A DNA stretch of 64,000 nucleotides from Planktothrix sp. GU0601_MAG3 (GTDB taxonomy: Bacteria; Cyanobacteriota; Cyanobacteriia; Cyanobacteriales; Microcoleaceae): NCBI GenBank assembly GCA_035193785.1, contig CP136572.1:1748578-1812577 (forward strand), read 5' to 3'. A program made the translations under genes and the position numbers. Position 1 is the first letter of the stretch. Every line of letters begins with the position of its first letter. Positions 11,670 through 24,200 of the stretch are shown here, one piece after another. The notes under the pieces were generated by a model. That model worked only from the letters and a program-made list of their open reading frames with translations, did no database searches and was not told the DNA's origin.

Positions 11670-13232
11670 TTATGCAGGAATTTTGGTGGGAAGTTGGGCT
11701 TTTTGGGCTTGATATTCTGCCAACTGTTGTTCAATTTCAGTTTTAACAATTTGGCGATATTCTAAGAAATGTTCATTATGGGCGCATAGGGTTAAATACT
11801 GCCCGCAGACGGCGGGATTATGTTTGATAATACTCAACAAATATCCCCAGAATTTCCAGCGAGTTTGGCGTTTAATTCCCTGTCGCCAAATCACAGTTGC
11901 TAAGGCTTTTAAATCAATCCAACTGGGGAATTTACCCGGAGGATGACATTTGGGCGCACCCAACTTTAAGAAACAGCGATAGGTGCGTGCTAAATAGCGT
12001 TCGGGATCATATAATTGCCAGAAGGTTTCAATATATTCTTCGGCAATTTCTTCAACGGGACGGGTGGGAACAAAGTTAATTAATGTGGTTTGGTTAATAT
12101 CAAATTTTTTGGGATTAATTAACCGTCCTTCTTTCTCTAAACGATGCCATAAAGCCGTATTGGGTAAGGCTTGTAACATACTAAATAAAGCCGTAGGAAT
12201 CGCAGATTGTTCGACAAATTCAATAATTCGAGAGCCCGCCCCGGGTTTTTCTCCATCAAATCCCAGAATAAATCCCGCCATCGGACGTAGGCCAGCGCGG
12301 ATAATTTTATCAACGGCTTCTAATAGGGGACTGCGGTTATTTTGATATTTTTTAGTCATTTGCAAACTACTGGTATCGGGGGTTTCAATCCCTAAAAATA
12401 CCGCATCAAAATTACATTCCACCATGGAGTCCATTAATTCACCATCATCGGCTAAATCAACCGAGGCTTCGGTATTAAACCGGAAGGGATATTGATGGTC
12501 AGCTTGCCAAACTTTTAGGGCTTTTAACAGTAATTTGACGTTGCGTTTATTCCCGATAAAATTATCATCCACCATGAAGATTGACCGCCGCCATCCCAAT
12601 TCATAAAGATAGTCTAATTCCTTTAATAATTGTTCGGGGGTTTTGGTGCGGGGTTTGCGACCATAAAGCACAATAATGTCGCAAAATTCGCATTGAAATG
12701 GGCATCCCCGGGAGAATTGTACCGACATAGAATCATAGGCATCTAATTCTAATAAATCGTAACGGGGAATAGGAGTTGAGGTGACACTGGGTTTTTCTTC
12801 TGTACGGAATACCCCGGAAGTTTCGCCTTTTTCAATGGCTTCTACAAACATGGGTAGGGTAATTTCCCCTTCATCTAAAATCAGAAAATCTGCCCCAGAA
12901 TCTTCAATTTCATGGGGGACAGAAGTGGGATAGGGGCCACCAACGGCGACTAATTTTCCGCGTCTTTTGGCTTCTTTAATTTGGTCAATGAAATCAACTT
13001 TCTGGACAATCATTCCCGAAAGGATGACCAATTCTGCCCAGTCCCATTCCGCTTGGGTGACAGCAGTAATATTGCGATCAACCAGTTTGAATTCCCAGGT
13101 TTGGGGCAAAATTGCCGCCACGGTAATTAATCCCAAGGGCGGTAACAACACTTTGCGATCAACTAATTCTAGGATTTTTTCATACGACCAAAATGTCGGC
13201 GGAAATTGAGGATAAATTAATAGGGTTTTCAT
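11670..13232 (-). CDS. B12-binding radical SAM protein with C-terminal DUF4070
   Basis: PPLGLITVAA, VAVGGPY, SRGCPFQCEFC (CxxxCxxC) and VDDNFIGN motifs. Confidence 0.9.
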   Translation of the reverse strand: MKTLLIYPQFPPTFWSYEKILELVDRKVLLPPLGLITVAAILPQTWEFKLVDRNITAVTQAEWDWAELVILSGMIVQKVDFIDQIKEAKRRGKLVAVGGPYPTSVPHEIEDSGADFLILDEGEITLPMFVEAIEKGETSGVFRTEEKPSVTSTPIPRYDLLELDAYDSMSVQFSRGCPFQCEFCDIIVLYGRKPRTKTPEQLLKELDYLYELGWRRSIFMVDDNFIGNKRNVKLLLKALKVWQADHQYPFRFNTEASVDLADDGELMDSMVECNFDAVFLGIETPDTSSLQMTKKYQNNRSPLLEAVDKIIRAGLRPMAGFILGFDGEKPGAGSRIIEFVEQSAIPTALFSMLQALPNTALWHRLEKEGRLINPKKFDINQTTLINFVPTRPVEEIAEEYIETFWQLYDPERYLARTYRCFLKLGAPKCHPPGKFPSWIDLKALATVIWRQGIKRQTRWKFWGYLLSIIKHNPAVCGQYLTLCAHNEHFLEYRQIVKTEIEQQLAEYQAQKAQLPTKIPA

Positions 13233-13292
13233 AGGTAAAATGGTAATTTTGAGTTAATATTATCTTAGACAATTCGTTAAATAGTACAAATG

Positions 13293-13496
13293 AATTTTTC
13301 ACCCAGAATTTTTCACCCAGCGATTGAAATCGTCGCTACACAAAAGAAGAATTTTTCACCCAGCGATTGAAATCGCGGCTACACAAACGAAGTCCGCCTA
13401 CGCGGACTAATTAACAGATTAACATAATGTTCTCTGATTTTATCTTCAACCCGCGCAGGCGGGTTTGGGTTGTGTAGCCACGATTTCAATCGCTGG
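13293..13496. repeat. GTAG-type REP inverted pair (REPIN-like) plus partial tandem duplication
   Basis: CCAGCGATTGAAATCG(C/T)(G/C)GCTACACAAA occurs twice, with the inverted copy TGTGTAGCCACGATTTCAATCGCTGG and internal GC hairpins. Confidence 0.75.
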
Positions 13497-13585
13497 ATAT
13501 CTGGATTGGATCTCTCATTAAATGACTGTTGGCGCTATGATACAAATGTTAACATTTCACCAAATCATACAGGGTTACGATAAAT

Positions 13586-14047
13586 ATGGCCGTTAAAATA
13601 GGAGATAGGGCTCCTGATTTCACCTTAACTTCGCAAACGGGCGAATCAGTGAGCATCAAAGACTTTCAGGGTAAAAAATCCGTTGTCCTTTACTTCTATC
13701 CCAAGGATGATACCCCGGGCTGTACCGCCGAAGCTTGCGCCTTTAGAGACAGTTATCAAGTTTTTACAGATGCGGGGGCGGAGGTAATTGGGATTAGTTC
13801 GGACACGGCCCAATCCCATCAACAGTTTGCCACAAAATACAATCTGCCGTTTATTTTGTTGAGCGATACCGGAAATAAAGTGCGTCAACTCTACGGTGTT
13901 CCCGCGACGATGTGGGTGCTCCCGGGTCGCGTTACCTATGTCATCGATACGGACGGCGTAGTGCGACATCTGTTCGATTCTATGCTGGATTTTAGCCGTC
14001 ACGTTGAGGAAGCGTTAACCACCCTCAAATCGATTCGAGCTTCATAA
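13586..14047 (+). CDS. bcp: Peroxiredoxin Q / BCP
   Basis: VLYFYPKDDTPGCTAEACAFRD and GRVTYVID motifs. Confidence 0.93.
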   Translation: MAVKIGDRAPDFTLTSQTGESVSIKDFQGKKSVVLYFYPKDDTPGCTAEACAFRDSYQVFTDAGAEVIGISSDTAQSHQQFATKYNLPFILLSDTGNKVRQLYGVPATMWVLPGRVTYVIDTDGVVRHLFDSMLDFSRHVEEALTTLKSIRAS

Positions 14048-14077
14048 AATTGTAGTCAAAGCGATCGCTTTTAATTG

Positions 14078-15206
14078 ATGAATACAGACTATCAGAATAC
14101 CCTAACTCATTTAAGGCAAGAATTCTCTCAAACGTTGCCTAAACTCGCCCAACTCCTACCTCAGTTTATGCTGGCTGTGGGGGTGGGTTATTTATTTACT
14201 TGGTTACACGTTTCCCGTGGGATGGTTAATTGGGCCAATGATTGTGGGTATTTTTTACGCTGCATTTCGGGGGAAACCCCAGCCCCTACCCCCGATCTTT
14301 TTTATTGTGGGTCAAGCTATTGTAGCGATCGCGACGGCTACGGGCTTTTCCCTGAACACCATAGGGTTAATGGGGACTTACGCCTTCCCCCTAATGCTCT
14401 GTATTCTAGTGACCGGGGGGATGAGTATTTTAAATGGTTATTTTTTAGGGCGCTGGGGCGGAATTGACCGGGCGACGGGTTTCCTCAGTTGTGTTCCTGG
14501 GGCGAGTTACAGTTTAATTGCCATGAGTGAGGAAATGGGGGCCGATGCGATCGCCGTTGCCCTGTTACAATATTTGCGGATTCTGTTGGTCGCCCTAATT
14601 GTTCCCACCCTCGTCGGGTTCTGGTTTGCGGGGGATGTGGTTGTCGGGTCTGTGGTATCTATTCCCTTAGACACTTCACCGACTTTACCAATGCTGTACA
14701 ACCTGGGAATTCTGGGGGGTTGTGCGGCATTGGGAATCGTTTTAGGGGAAAAGTTTAGTTTACCTTCATCTTTGTTTCTAGGGCCGTTTTTAGTGAGTTT
14801 AACGGTCTTTTGGACAGTTCCCTATGGGATTAAAATGCCTCCTTTGCTATTTACTATTGGGCTATTATTTGTCGGACTTTCCGTGGGTTTAAAGTTTGAC
14901 TGGCAGAATGCTAAAAGACTCTGGAAAGCCGTTTTAATTGAATTCTTTTTAGTTATAATATTAATTCTATTTTGTTTGGGTGCGGGCTATATTTTCCACC
15001 AAATTACCCAAGTTGATACGATGACGGCGATATTAGGTTCTACCCCCGGAGGTATTACAGCAATGATCGCAACAGTAATTCAACTAGGGGGGGACTCAGG
15101 AATTGTTTTGGCGATGCAAATGACTCGAATGTTATTGATATTATTAATTAGTCCTTGGTTTGCCAATGTATTAATTAAAAGTCAAAAACAATCTAACCCA
15201 AGCTAG
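14078..15206 (+). CDS. AbrB-family (duplicated-domain) membrane protein; +1 frameshift at 14210-14214
   Basis: Multi-TM; PVGWLIGPM, ATGFLSCVPG and TAILGSTPGG motifs in a two-fold repeat. Repaired length 375 aa. Confidence 0.85.
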
Positions 15207-15333
15207 TTGTTGAGCTTTAGCTCCCCCTAAGCTAGTTGTTGGGCTTTAGAACCTTCTTAGCACATGATCGCAACAACAAACTATTGTGATATAATATCCT
15301 AAAAATCATTAATCTATTGATTAATTGAGGGCA

Positions 15334-16111
15334 ATGTCACCATCACAAGAAACAATCCCCTTTGGGGTCATATTACCGCCCACTCAAGACGAATTACCCT
15401 ATGACGATGGAGTCCCCATGGAAACCCAACGCCATAAAATGCAAATGGATTTACTAATTGATCCGTTAATTCCTTGGTTAGAACCGCGAGAAGATGGTTA
15501 TATTGGGGGCAATATGTTCCTCTATTTTAGTTTAGCCCAAGTGCGGAACCAAGACTTCAAAGGCCCCGATTTTTTTGCCGTATTAGGAGTTCCCAAAAAA
15601 GAACGAAAAAGTTGGGTAGTTTGGGAAGAAGGAAAAGCCCCCGATGTGATCATTGAACTATTATCACCCAGTACCGCCCAAGAAGATAAAACCAACAAAA
15701 AAATTATCTATCAAAATCAAGTTCGGGTTTCCTGAATATTTCTGGTTTGACCCCTTTAATCCTGATGATTTGGCGGGATTTATCTTAATTAATGGCAGTT
15801 ATGAACCAATTTTTCCCGATCAATTTAATCGGTTATTCAGTCAACAATTAGGCCTATCCTTAGTCCGATGGTCAGGAGTTTATAAAACCGTTGAAACCCT
15901 ATGGTTAAGATGGGCTAATTCAGAGGGTGAAATTCTGCCCACACCCGACGAATTATCCGCACAAAAAGCCGAAGAAGCGGGGCGTCAAGCTGAACAAGCT
16001 CAACTACAAGCCGAACAAGCCCAACAGCGTTCCCAAGAGTTAGAAACCTTACTTAACCGCTACCGCCAACAGTTTGGGGAATTACCCTCACCCAGTTCTG
16101 ATCAGTTTTGA
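15334..16111 (+). CDS. Uma2-family endonuclease; +1 frameshift at 15727-15731
   Basis: DDGVPMETQRH, GPDFFAVLG, PDVIIELLSPSTAQEDK, RVPEYFWFDP after repair, and a coiled-coil tail. Confidence 0.88.
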
Positions 16112-16183
16112 GATCAAATTGGGTATTCTGAAAATAGGTACTATTAAAGCCAACTAATCGAAAATAAGAGGAAGGTATAAGCA

Positions 16184-16609
16184 ATGAATCCCGCCGAGAA
16201 ACAATCATTAGAAAAACAATATGGAGCCGAGCGTATCCGTAAAATGGAACGCTTGAAACAGGTACAAAAAGTGATTATGTTCCTATCACTGCTGTCTTTT
16301 TTTGGGACGAGTATATTTGGATTAGGAAAAGTGTTTAAAGGCGCATTTGAAAAAAAACCTGAAGTCACTCAAACCACAGAACAACAATCGGCAAGTGCTC
16401 TATTACAAAAGCAAGAAAAAGGTTATGAAACCGTATTAAAACGGGAACCAAATAACCCAACAGCATTGGAAGGTTTATTGAATGTTCGCTTACAACAAAA
16501 TAATATTCCAGGAGCAATTGAACCCCTAGAAAAGTTAGTCAAATTATATCCTGATCGGCAGGATTATCGAAATTCATTAACTGAATTAAAACAGCAAAAT
16601 AAAAAATAA
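16184..16609 (+). CDS. Membrane-anchored TPR protein
   Basis: N-terminal hydrophobic helix; GYETVLKREPNNPTALEGL and AIEPLEKLVKLYP TPR helices. Confidence 0.75.
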   Translation: MNPAEKQSLEKQYGAERIRKMERLKQVQKVIMFLSLLSFFGTSIFGLGKVFKGAFEKKPEVTQTTEQQSASALLQKQEKGYETVLKREPNNPTALEGLLNVRLQQNNIPGAIEPLEKLVKLYPDRQDYRNSLTELKQQNKK

Positions 16610-16686
16610 ATCCAGTTATGAAACATTTAGACTACTGGATAAAACAGCAAAAACAGGGTTTATTCGAGTGTGAAAGTTGTTGAGCT

Positions 16687-19600
16687 TTAGCCCTCTCCTC
16701 TTGGGGTACCCATCCCAACAACGGTTTGATAAAATTCCTCTAACCCGGCTACACAAACTTGATCATCAAAAATCAGATGATGGCGTTGACTCATTTGTTC
16801 AGAAATTGTTTTTCGCAATACAGGATCTAATCCTAATTTAACCGCAATTTTAATATATTCGGCTTCATTTTCTGCAATTGTTTCGGTTAACCCGATCATT
16901 TTTAAGAAACTATCAGCATGACGTCCGCGCATGAATTCCCCAGGACAAGTTACAATTGGTAAATTACAGGCGATCGCTTCTAAAGAAGTATTTCCTCCCG
17001 ACCAAGTGAAAGTATCTAAAAACAGATCAGAAAGCAAATTTAACATCAAATAATCAAACCTTTCCGGGACGTTTCTATGTAAACAATAATCTTGATAATT
17101 TAACCCATAATTAGCAAAAGCTTGTTTTAACCGCTCATTTAATAAAGTTCCTCGGAAGAACAAAAATTTAGCATTAGGAACTTTTACAGCAATTTCTGGC
17201 AAAATATAATCATATTGAGGAAGATATTTAAACGGCGCTTGACAACATAAATAAATTACCGCATCTTCGGGTAAATCATAATCTGATCGAGTTTTAACTA
17301 ACGCCGGAATATCCTGCGGTTGGGGATAAGCAACCCCAATATTTGGTAATAAAATTAGGGTTTCAGAATAATGGTCTTGTGCATTTTCCGGTTTCCATTA
17401 ATTGACTGGAAAGAAAATAATCAATGGTGGGTAGTCCCGATGTTACCGGATGACCCCAAGCAGTGCATTGAATGGGTGCTAAACGCAACGCTGCGAGTTC
17501 CATGGTTGGGGGGTTCATGCCAATTTCTGGATAGACTAAAATATGCAGTTTATCCTTGAAAATTTGTTCAGCCACCGCTTCTAAATTGTTAGGAATATGA
17601 TAGAATTGATAACTATATTGACGAAATTGATCTGTAATGGGATCGGGAGAATTGCCAGTATAATAAGAGTAAATTTCAAACTGGTCAGGGTTAGCATACC
17701 GCAACCAACCTGTTAACCAAAGTGACCCGCTATAACAATGTAAATAATTAGAAACATATCCCACTCTAATTTTATTCTCAACTGTTGGTAGGGTTAGCGG
17801 TTGCACCCATTGGGGATATTTAGCTGACATCATCTGATGTAGGAAATTACCATAAATACGTTGTTCTTCTATAATATTTCTCGCTTGATAACCTAGATAG
17901 AAATTAGTAAATCTGCCCATTCCTAAAAAGGCTGATTCTAAGGTTTCAGGATCATTAAAATCCGTGGTTTCAATTAATGTTTTTAATCCTTTGTTAAACC
18001 GTTCTTGATAATCACTAATTTCCTCAACGGAGTGATAAAACATCGGAACTATTAAATTTTTTAGTAATATAAACGTATAATCTTTTGGCAAACATTCCGA
18101 GGCAATTTTCGCTTGCGTAGCTGCTTCCTCTGTTCTTCCCTGATAGATAAGATTTGTAATTAGGGTAAAGTGGAGAGGTGCAAATTTGGAATCAAGCTCT
18201 GTGGCTATTTTTAAAACATTAATTGCACTATCATATTCTCCCAAATTCCAGTAACATTGATGGATTTTTTCATAAATATTAACATCTCCCTGTTGTAAAT
18301 CGAGTAATTTTTGATATTGGGCGATCGCACCTTGATAATTCCCTAATTCATACAAGCGATCGCCAAAACTGCTATAATGTAATGCAGGATTTTGTTGCCT
18401 TTCTTTAGCTAGTTCTAAATTGTTCAGAATATCAGGATTATTAGGAATAATTTGTAAAGCAATTTGATAGTTTTCTAGGGCTGATTCTATTTGATTTTGC
18501 AATAGAAAAAGATTCCCTAAATTTAAGTAACTGCCAAAATGATTAGGGTTAATATTAATCCCTTGACGGTAAAGGGTTTCTGCTTCTATAAATTGCCCTT
18601 GTTGCGTTAAGAGATTTCCTAAGTTATTATAGGCATCAAGATAATCAGGTTTTAATTCGATTGTTTTTTTGTAAGCTGCGATCGCTTGTGGAATTTGATT
18701 CATTTTTTCCAAACATTTACCTAAGTTATAATATCCTTCAAACCTTTCGGGATCAATTTCAATAACCTGAAAAATTGCTTGTAGAGATTCCTGATAATTT
18801 TCAGTTTGATAATATAATTTACTTAAATTAATCCAGGATTCTAAATGATGCTTATTCCATTTTAAAAAATCTTTATATTTATTCTCGGCTTGATTAAAGT
18901 TATGTTCCTGATGAAAACTTAAAGCGTCTTGATAAATTGTTTCTAACAAGTCTTCTAATTGCTCAACTTGGGAAATTCTTTTAATAATTTGAGGTTGACG
19001 GTAATTAAATACAACTGATGACTCTAGGCTGATATTTCTATTAATATCTCGACTTAAAATAACCCTTCCCTCGGCAACAGTAAGATATTGATCAGACTGA
19101 GATAAAAACTCTTTCTCAATTATAAATTCAGAGTTTACAGTCAGAAAATCTGCGATCGCTTGCTGCACAGATGGATGGTTAACTCCCTCAATAATTATTA
19201 AAGATTGATCAGACAGAAAGAATTTAATCGACAATAAACTATACAAAACAGAACGATAATCCTTTTTCCAGTCATAGACAAATACCCCAATTGTATTTTC
19301 AAAATTAACCGTTTTTAATTCTAATAAAAATTCTTCGGGATCTTGATCAAAGAGAAACACTTGTTCTGTTAAGTTAAAATTATCTAAATTATTAACTAGA
19401 TCTTCATAATTTCTTGAGTTGTTTTGCTCGTAGAATGAATCAACTGCATAAGCCATGCAGTCAGGATGGTTGAGTAAGGCAGCAATTAAAGTGCTAAAAG
19501 AATTTACCCCAAATTGACAATAAATTTCCTCATCTTCTAAATCATCAACTGCCCAATTCAATAAAACATAAAAAATCATCAATTCTTCGTTTTCTAAGAT

Positions 19601-19741
19601 TGCCGAAAATGAATGTAAGTTTTTAAATAATGTTGAGCCATGCTCCAGTAACTTTTTATTTTGATTGATTGGTGATAATTTTTCAAAGAAATTTAGATAT
19701 TTCATTGTTTTATGGGAAATGCAAGTTGGGGATTGAATCAT
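16687..19741 (-). CDS. GT41 (OGT/SPINDLY-like) glycosyltransferase with TPRs and a degenerate methyltransferase-like N-terminus; +1 frameshift at 17391-17395
   Basis: TPRs; KIRVGYVS, LRLAPIQCTAWGHPVTSGLPTIDYFLS and DTFTWSGGNTSLEA motifs. Repaired length 1017 aa. Confidence 0.88.
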
Positions 19742-19933
19742 AAAAAATCAATTAATCTTATTCTAACATATTAATCAATTTATCAATTGTTGAGTCCCAG
19801 GTTTTACTCTACCCTCAAAAGATCAATGAGCATAGAGCATGGCATCGGAAAAACAATAATCAAATGAAAATGATCATTTTCCGAAAACAACAGGGTATAC
19901 TGTAAACAGCAATCTTTAACAGCCTCCTAGTCT

Positions 19934-21183
19934 ATGAATTTTTTAGTTCTGTTAAATTGGACACAAGCAGAATCAGATCTGTTGTTGGAAACTGGAAACA
20001 ATAACAAAAGTATTTCTCCAACATCCTGACAGGAGTAATCTATCTGTTTTAATTGACTATAATGGTCTTTCTAGTCAAGAGGCTGACTTGTATTTATCAG
20101 GTGTGATGATGAACTTGATATTAGAAGGAGATGAACAATTAGAAACACAGCCGGGTATTCGCTTAATTAGTCCAGAAAATTTTGAAGAATGGTTTAATGC
20201 TATTTTAACGGTCAATTATAAAATTTTAGGTAGCAATGTCAATGATAATGAACTCAATGAATGGTTGAAAATAATCCCATCGGTTAGTTTAGAAAAAATT
20301 AGTAATTCGGAAAAATATCAATTATTGTCCACTGTAAATGAGGAACAAAAAATCTTTAAGTTACAACTGGCAAACCAATGTTTTCATGCTCAAAGATTTA
20401 CAGAAGCAGCTAATTTAGGCAGAAATTTACTCTCAGATTATCCAGAGTTAGTAGAAATAGGTTTTTCGATTCCTGTAGCTCACAGCCTCATTTTATCGTT
20501 AAATTGGTATGAGATTGCAGCCAATCTTCCCCCAGGGATTAATTATCTCCTGACATCAGGATGGCTTAATTCACTGTATCAGAGTAAACCTGTAACCCAA
20601 GATAATCGACCAATTCCTTGGTATACCTATCCAGCAATTGAATTTTTAGAAGATAAGGTAAAGCCAGATTTTAAAGTTTTTGAATTTGGATCAGGTCAAT
20701 CTACATTATGGTGGTCTGAGCGAGTTTTAGAAGTGATTTCCATTGAAAATGATCTTAATTGGTTTCAAGAAATTAACTCTAAAATGCCTAATAATGTGCA
20801 ACTCTTTTTAAAAGAAAATGAAACGGAGTATGCGGAAATGATCAAACAATTTCCCCTGGATTACTTTGATGTTATTATTGTTGATGGAGTCAATCGAAAC
20901 CAATCTTTAGAACTTAGTTTAAATCATATCAAGGAAGCAGGTCTAATCATTTTTGATAACAGCGATCACTACGAATATGATGAATCTGTGAACCGATTAA
21001 CATCGAGTGGCTATAAACGGATAGATTTTTGGGGAATGTTCCCAGGTTATACTTATAAAAACTGTACTTCTTTTTTCTTTAAAAAATTTGATATTTTAGA
21101 AGCGCAACAAGTTTCCCAGTGGTAAACAATCACTTTTGGGTCAATCCTGTTTTCAAATCATGAGCCCAAGGCCTAGTCATTAG
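19934..21183 (+). CDS. SAM-dependent methyltransferase-like protein with an N-terminal unnamed domain; +1 frameshifts at 19988-19992 and 21111-21115
   Basis: PWYTYPAIEFL, VFEFGSGQSTLWW, FDVIIVDG and IIFDNSD motifs. Repaired ORF 415 aa from ATG 19934 to TAG 21183. Confidence 0.8.
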
Positions 21184-21219
21184 ATAACATAACTAAAAAA
21201 AAGTAATTAGAGGTATACA

Positions 21220-24200
21220 ATGAATCCTATGTTAAATCTGTCTAATATTGACGAATGCAAAGCTAAATTCAACCTAAGCTACCATGTAGAATTTGCGTAT
21301 GCCTGTCAACAACTATTGGGATTTAAAGACAAGGATGTTTTGGAAGTGGGCGGAAGTTTGCCGGAGGATTTTGTCTTTAATTATCTAGGAGCGAAATCCT
21401 GGTCAGCGATAGAAACCCCAGATTATGAGGAGAGCTTAAAAAAAGCCGGCGGACTAACTCATACAGGAACTATTATTCCAAGCATTCAACCCCAAGATTA
21501 TTCCAAAATGGGGTTTAAAAATCGAACACTAGAAAGATACAATTTATTCTTAGACAATATAGAGAATCTAACAGATGAATACCATAACCAATATGATTTA
21601 GTTTTTTCCATTGCTACTTTTGAACATATTAATAAATTACCAGAATCTTTAGAGAAAATGTTTTTATCTCTCCGTCCTGGAGGTCGAGTTTTTTCTCTGT
21701 TTGCCCCAATTTGGTCGGGTTCTGACGGTCATCATCTACCTAATATAACAGATCAGCAAGGAAGACAATTCAATTTTGGTAACTCTCCAATTCCGCCTTG
21801 GGGTCATTTATTAATGACTCCATCGGAAATGACTCAACATTTATACCAGTATATGGATAAAGAAACTGCTGATTTAATGGTTGATTATATTTATTATTCT
21901 CCCCATATTAATCGTTTTTTCACAGAAGACTACATTAAATTTTTTCATCAAAGTTCTTTTAAATTAAATCACTTTGAGCCAGTTTTTATGGATGAAACGA
22001 ATTCAGAAATTCAACACAGTCTTGAAAAACTACATCCTGGAAAAAATAAATTCAATAATCGTGGAATTTTAGTTGTATTAGAAAACCCAATAGATCTGAT
22101 TTATCAAAAACAAGGGTTTAATCCTCAAGAAAAAACCATCCCTGAACATTCAGAAACAAATCGGTTAAAAACTCCTGTTTGTTTAATGATTTTCAACAGA
22201 CCTGATACAACACAGCAAGTGTTTAATGTGATTCGTCAGGTTAAACCCGAAAAGCTTCTAGTAATTGCGGATGGCCCTCGATTGAATGTAGTCGGTGAAG
22301 TCGAAAAATGTGCAGCGACTCGAGCTATTATTAATCAAGTGGATTGGAACTGTGAAGTTTTAACTCAATATTCTGATATTAATTTAGGTCTTCGTCATCG
22401 GGTTTCTAGTGGATTAAATTGGGTTTTTAACACCGTTGAAGAAGCTATTATTCTTGAGGATGATTGCTTACCAGATGTCACCTTTTTCCGATTTTGTGCA
22501 GAATTATTAGAACGTTATCGTCATGATCCAAAAATCATGGCAATCTCAGGAAATAACTTTAAATTACGAGATAATGATCAACAGACCAGTTATTACTTTT
22601 CTCGATATAATCATATCTGGGGATGGGCAACTTGGCGCAGAGCTTGGCAACTCTATGATTTGGATATGAAATTATGGCCAACAATCAGAGATAACAACGG
22701 TTTAGAAAAAATACTAGAAAATTCTCATGAAACCATCGCTGATTGTGTAGAAGTTTTTCAAGCTGCTTATGAAGGATTTAATAGCTGGGCTTATGCTTGG
22801 ATATTTGCTTGTTGGGTTTCATGGAGGCTTAACGATTCTCCCTAATGTTAATTTGGTTTCCAATATTGGTTTTAGGGAAGATGCAACCCATACAAAAGAT
22901 GAATCCCCACTCGCTAATTTACCCACAAAACCGATGAGTTTTCCCTTACAACATCCTACTGTTATGATGCGTAACGCTCAATCTAATAACGTGACTGAGG
23001 GCATTATGTTTAGTTCTTCTATATCTCAAACTCAACCGTTAGAAAATCAAGATAGTGTAACTATTTTATCCCAGGGAATTGAATATCTGAACAATCATCA
23101 GAATTTAGAAGCTCTAAATTTATTCAAAAAAGTCTTAGAAATTTCCCCGGAAAGAATAGAAATTTATTATCCCCAAGCTGTTGCTCAAGCTCGCCTTGGT
23201 CAACTTTCCGAATCGATTCATTCCTTGAAAAACCTCTTGAGTTTTCAGAGAAATCACTCCCGAGGAAAACAACTATTAGAACAGTTATCATCAGAGGTAA
23301 AACAGAAAATAAAAACCCAAATTGACACGGCTATTAGTTTACTCAATAAAGGGGAGAAAGTAGCAGCTTTAAGGTTAGCAGAAAAAACAACAGAATCGGG
23401 GATATTTATCCCAGGAATGCACTATCTTCGAGCCATTTGTTTAAGTAATGTTGGTCGATATGAAGAAGCCTTAGAAGCGGCTCAACAGGAACTAGAAAAT
23501 AATCCTTCCCATCCTGAAGCTCAAGCTCAAGTACAATCCTTAACTCAATCATTAATCCGACCCAAAAAAGCACCAATTCCTACCCACGAAAGGCCCTGGA
23601 ATACGGCTTTGCCATACGACTTGATGATGTCGATTCAAAATGCTTTACATAATTTTTCCTATAAAGGAGTTCCTTTACAAAAAAATCCATTTGATTTTTC
23701 ACTTTACCCCATTTTAATTTGGAATATTAAACCCCAGACTATTATAGAAATTGGTTCTAAAAGTGGTGGAAGTGGTGTATGGTTTGGGGATTTAATGAAT
23801 AACTTTGGCATTGAAGGTCATGTTTATTCGATTGATATTGTTAAAGTCACTAAAGTGTCTCACCCTCGCGTTACCTTTTTAGAAGGGGATGGCAGCAATT
23901 TAGGGGAAACTTTATCCCCAGAATTTCTTAACTCCTTACCCCGACCTTTATTAATCATTGAAGATGCCGATCATTCATTTACTACCAGTAAAGCGGTATT
24001 AGATTTCTTCCATCCTTATTTGGATAAAGGAGAATATATCGTTGTTGAAGATGGGATTATTTCTGATATTATTCAGGATGTCTCCTATAATAGCGGGCCC
24101 CATAAAGCCTTAAAAGCCTTCTTATCAGAACATCGCGGTGAATATGAAATTGATGGAGAATATTGTGACTTTTTTGGCTACAACTTAACCTGGGGAACTA

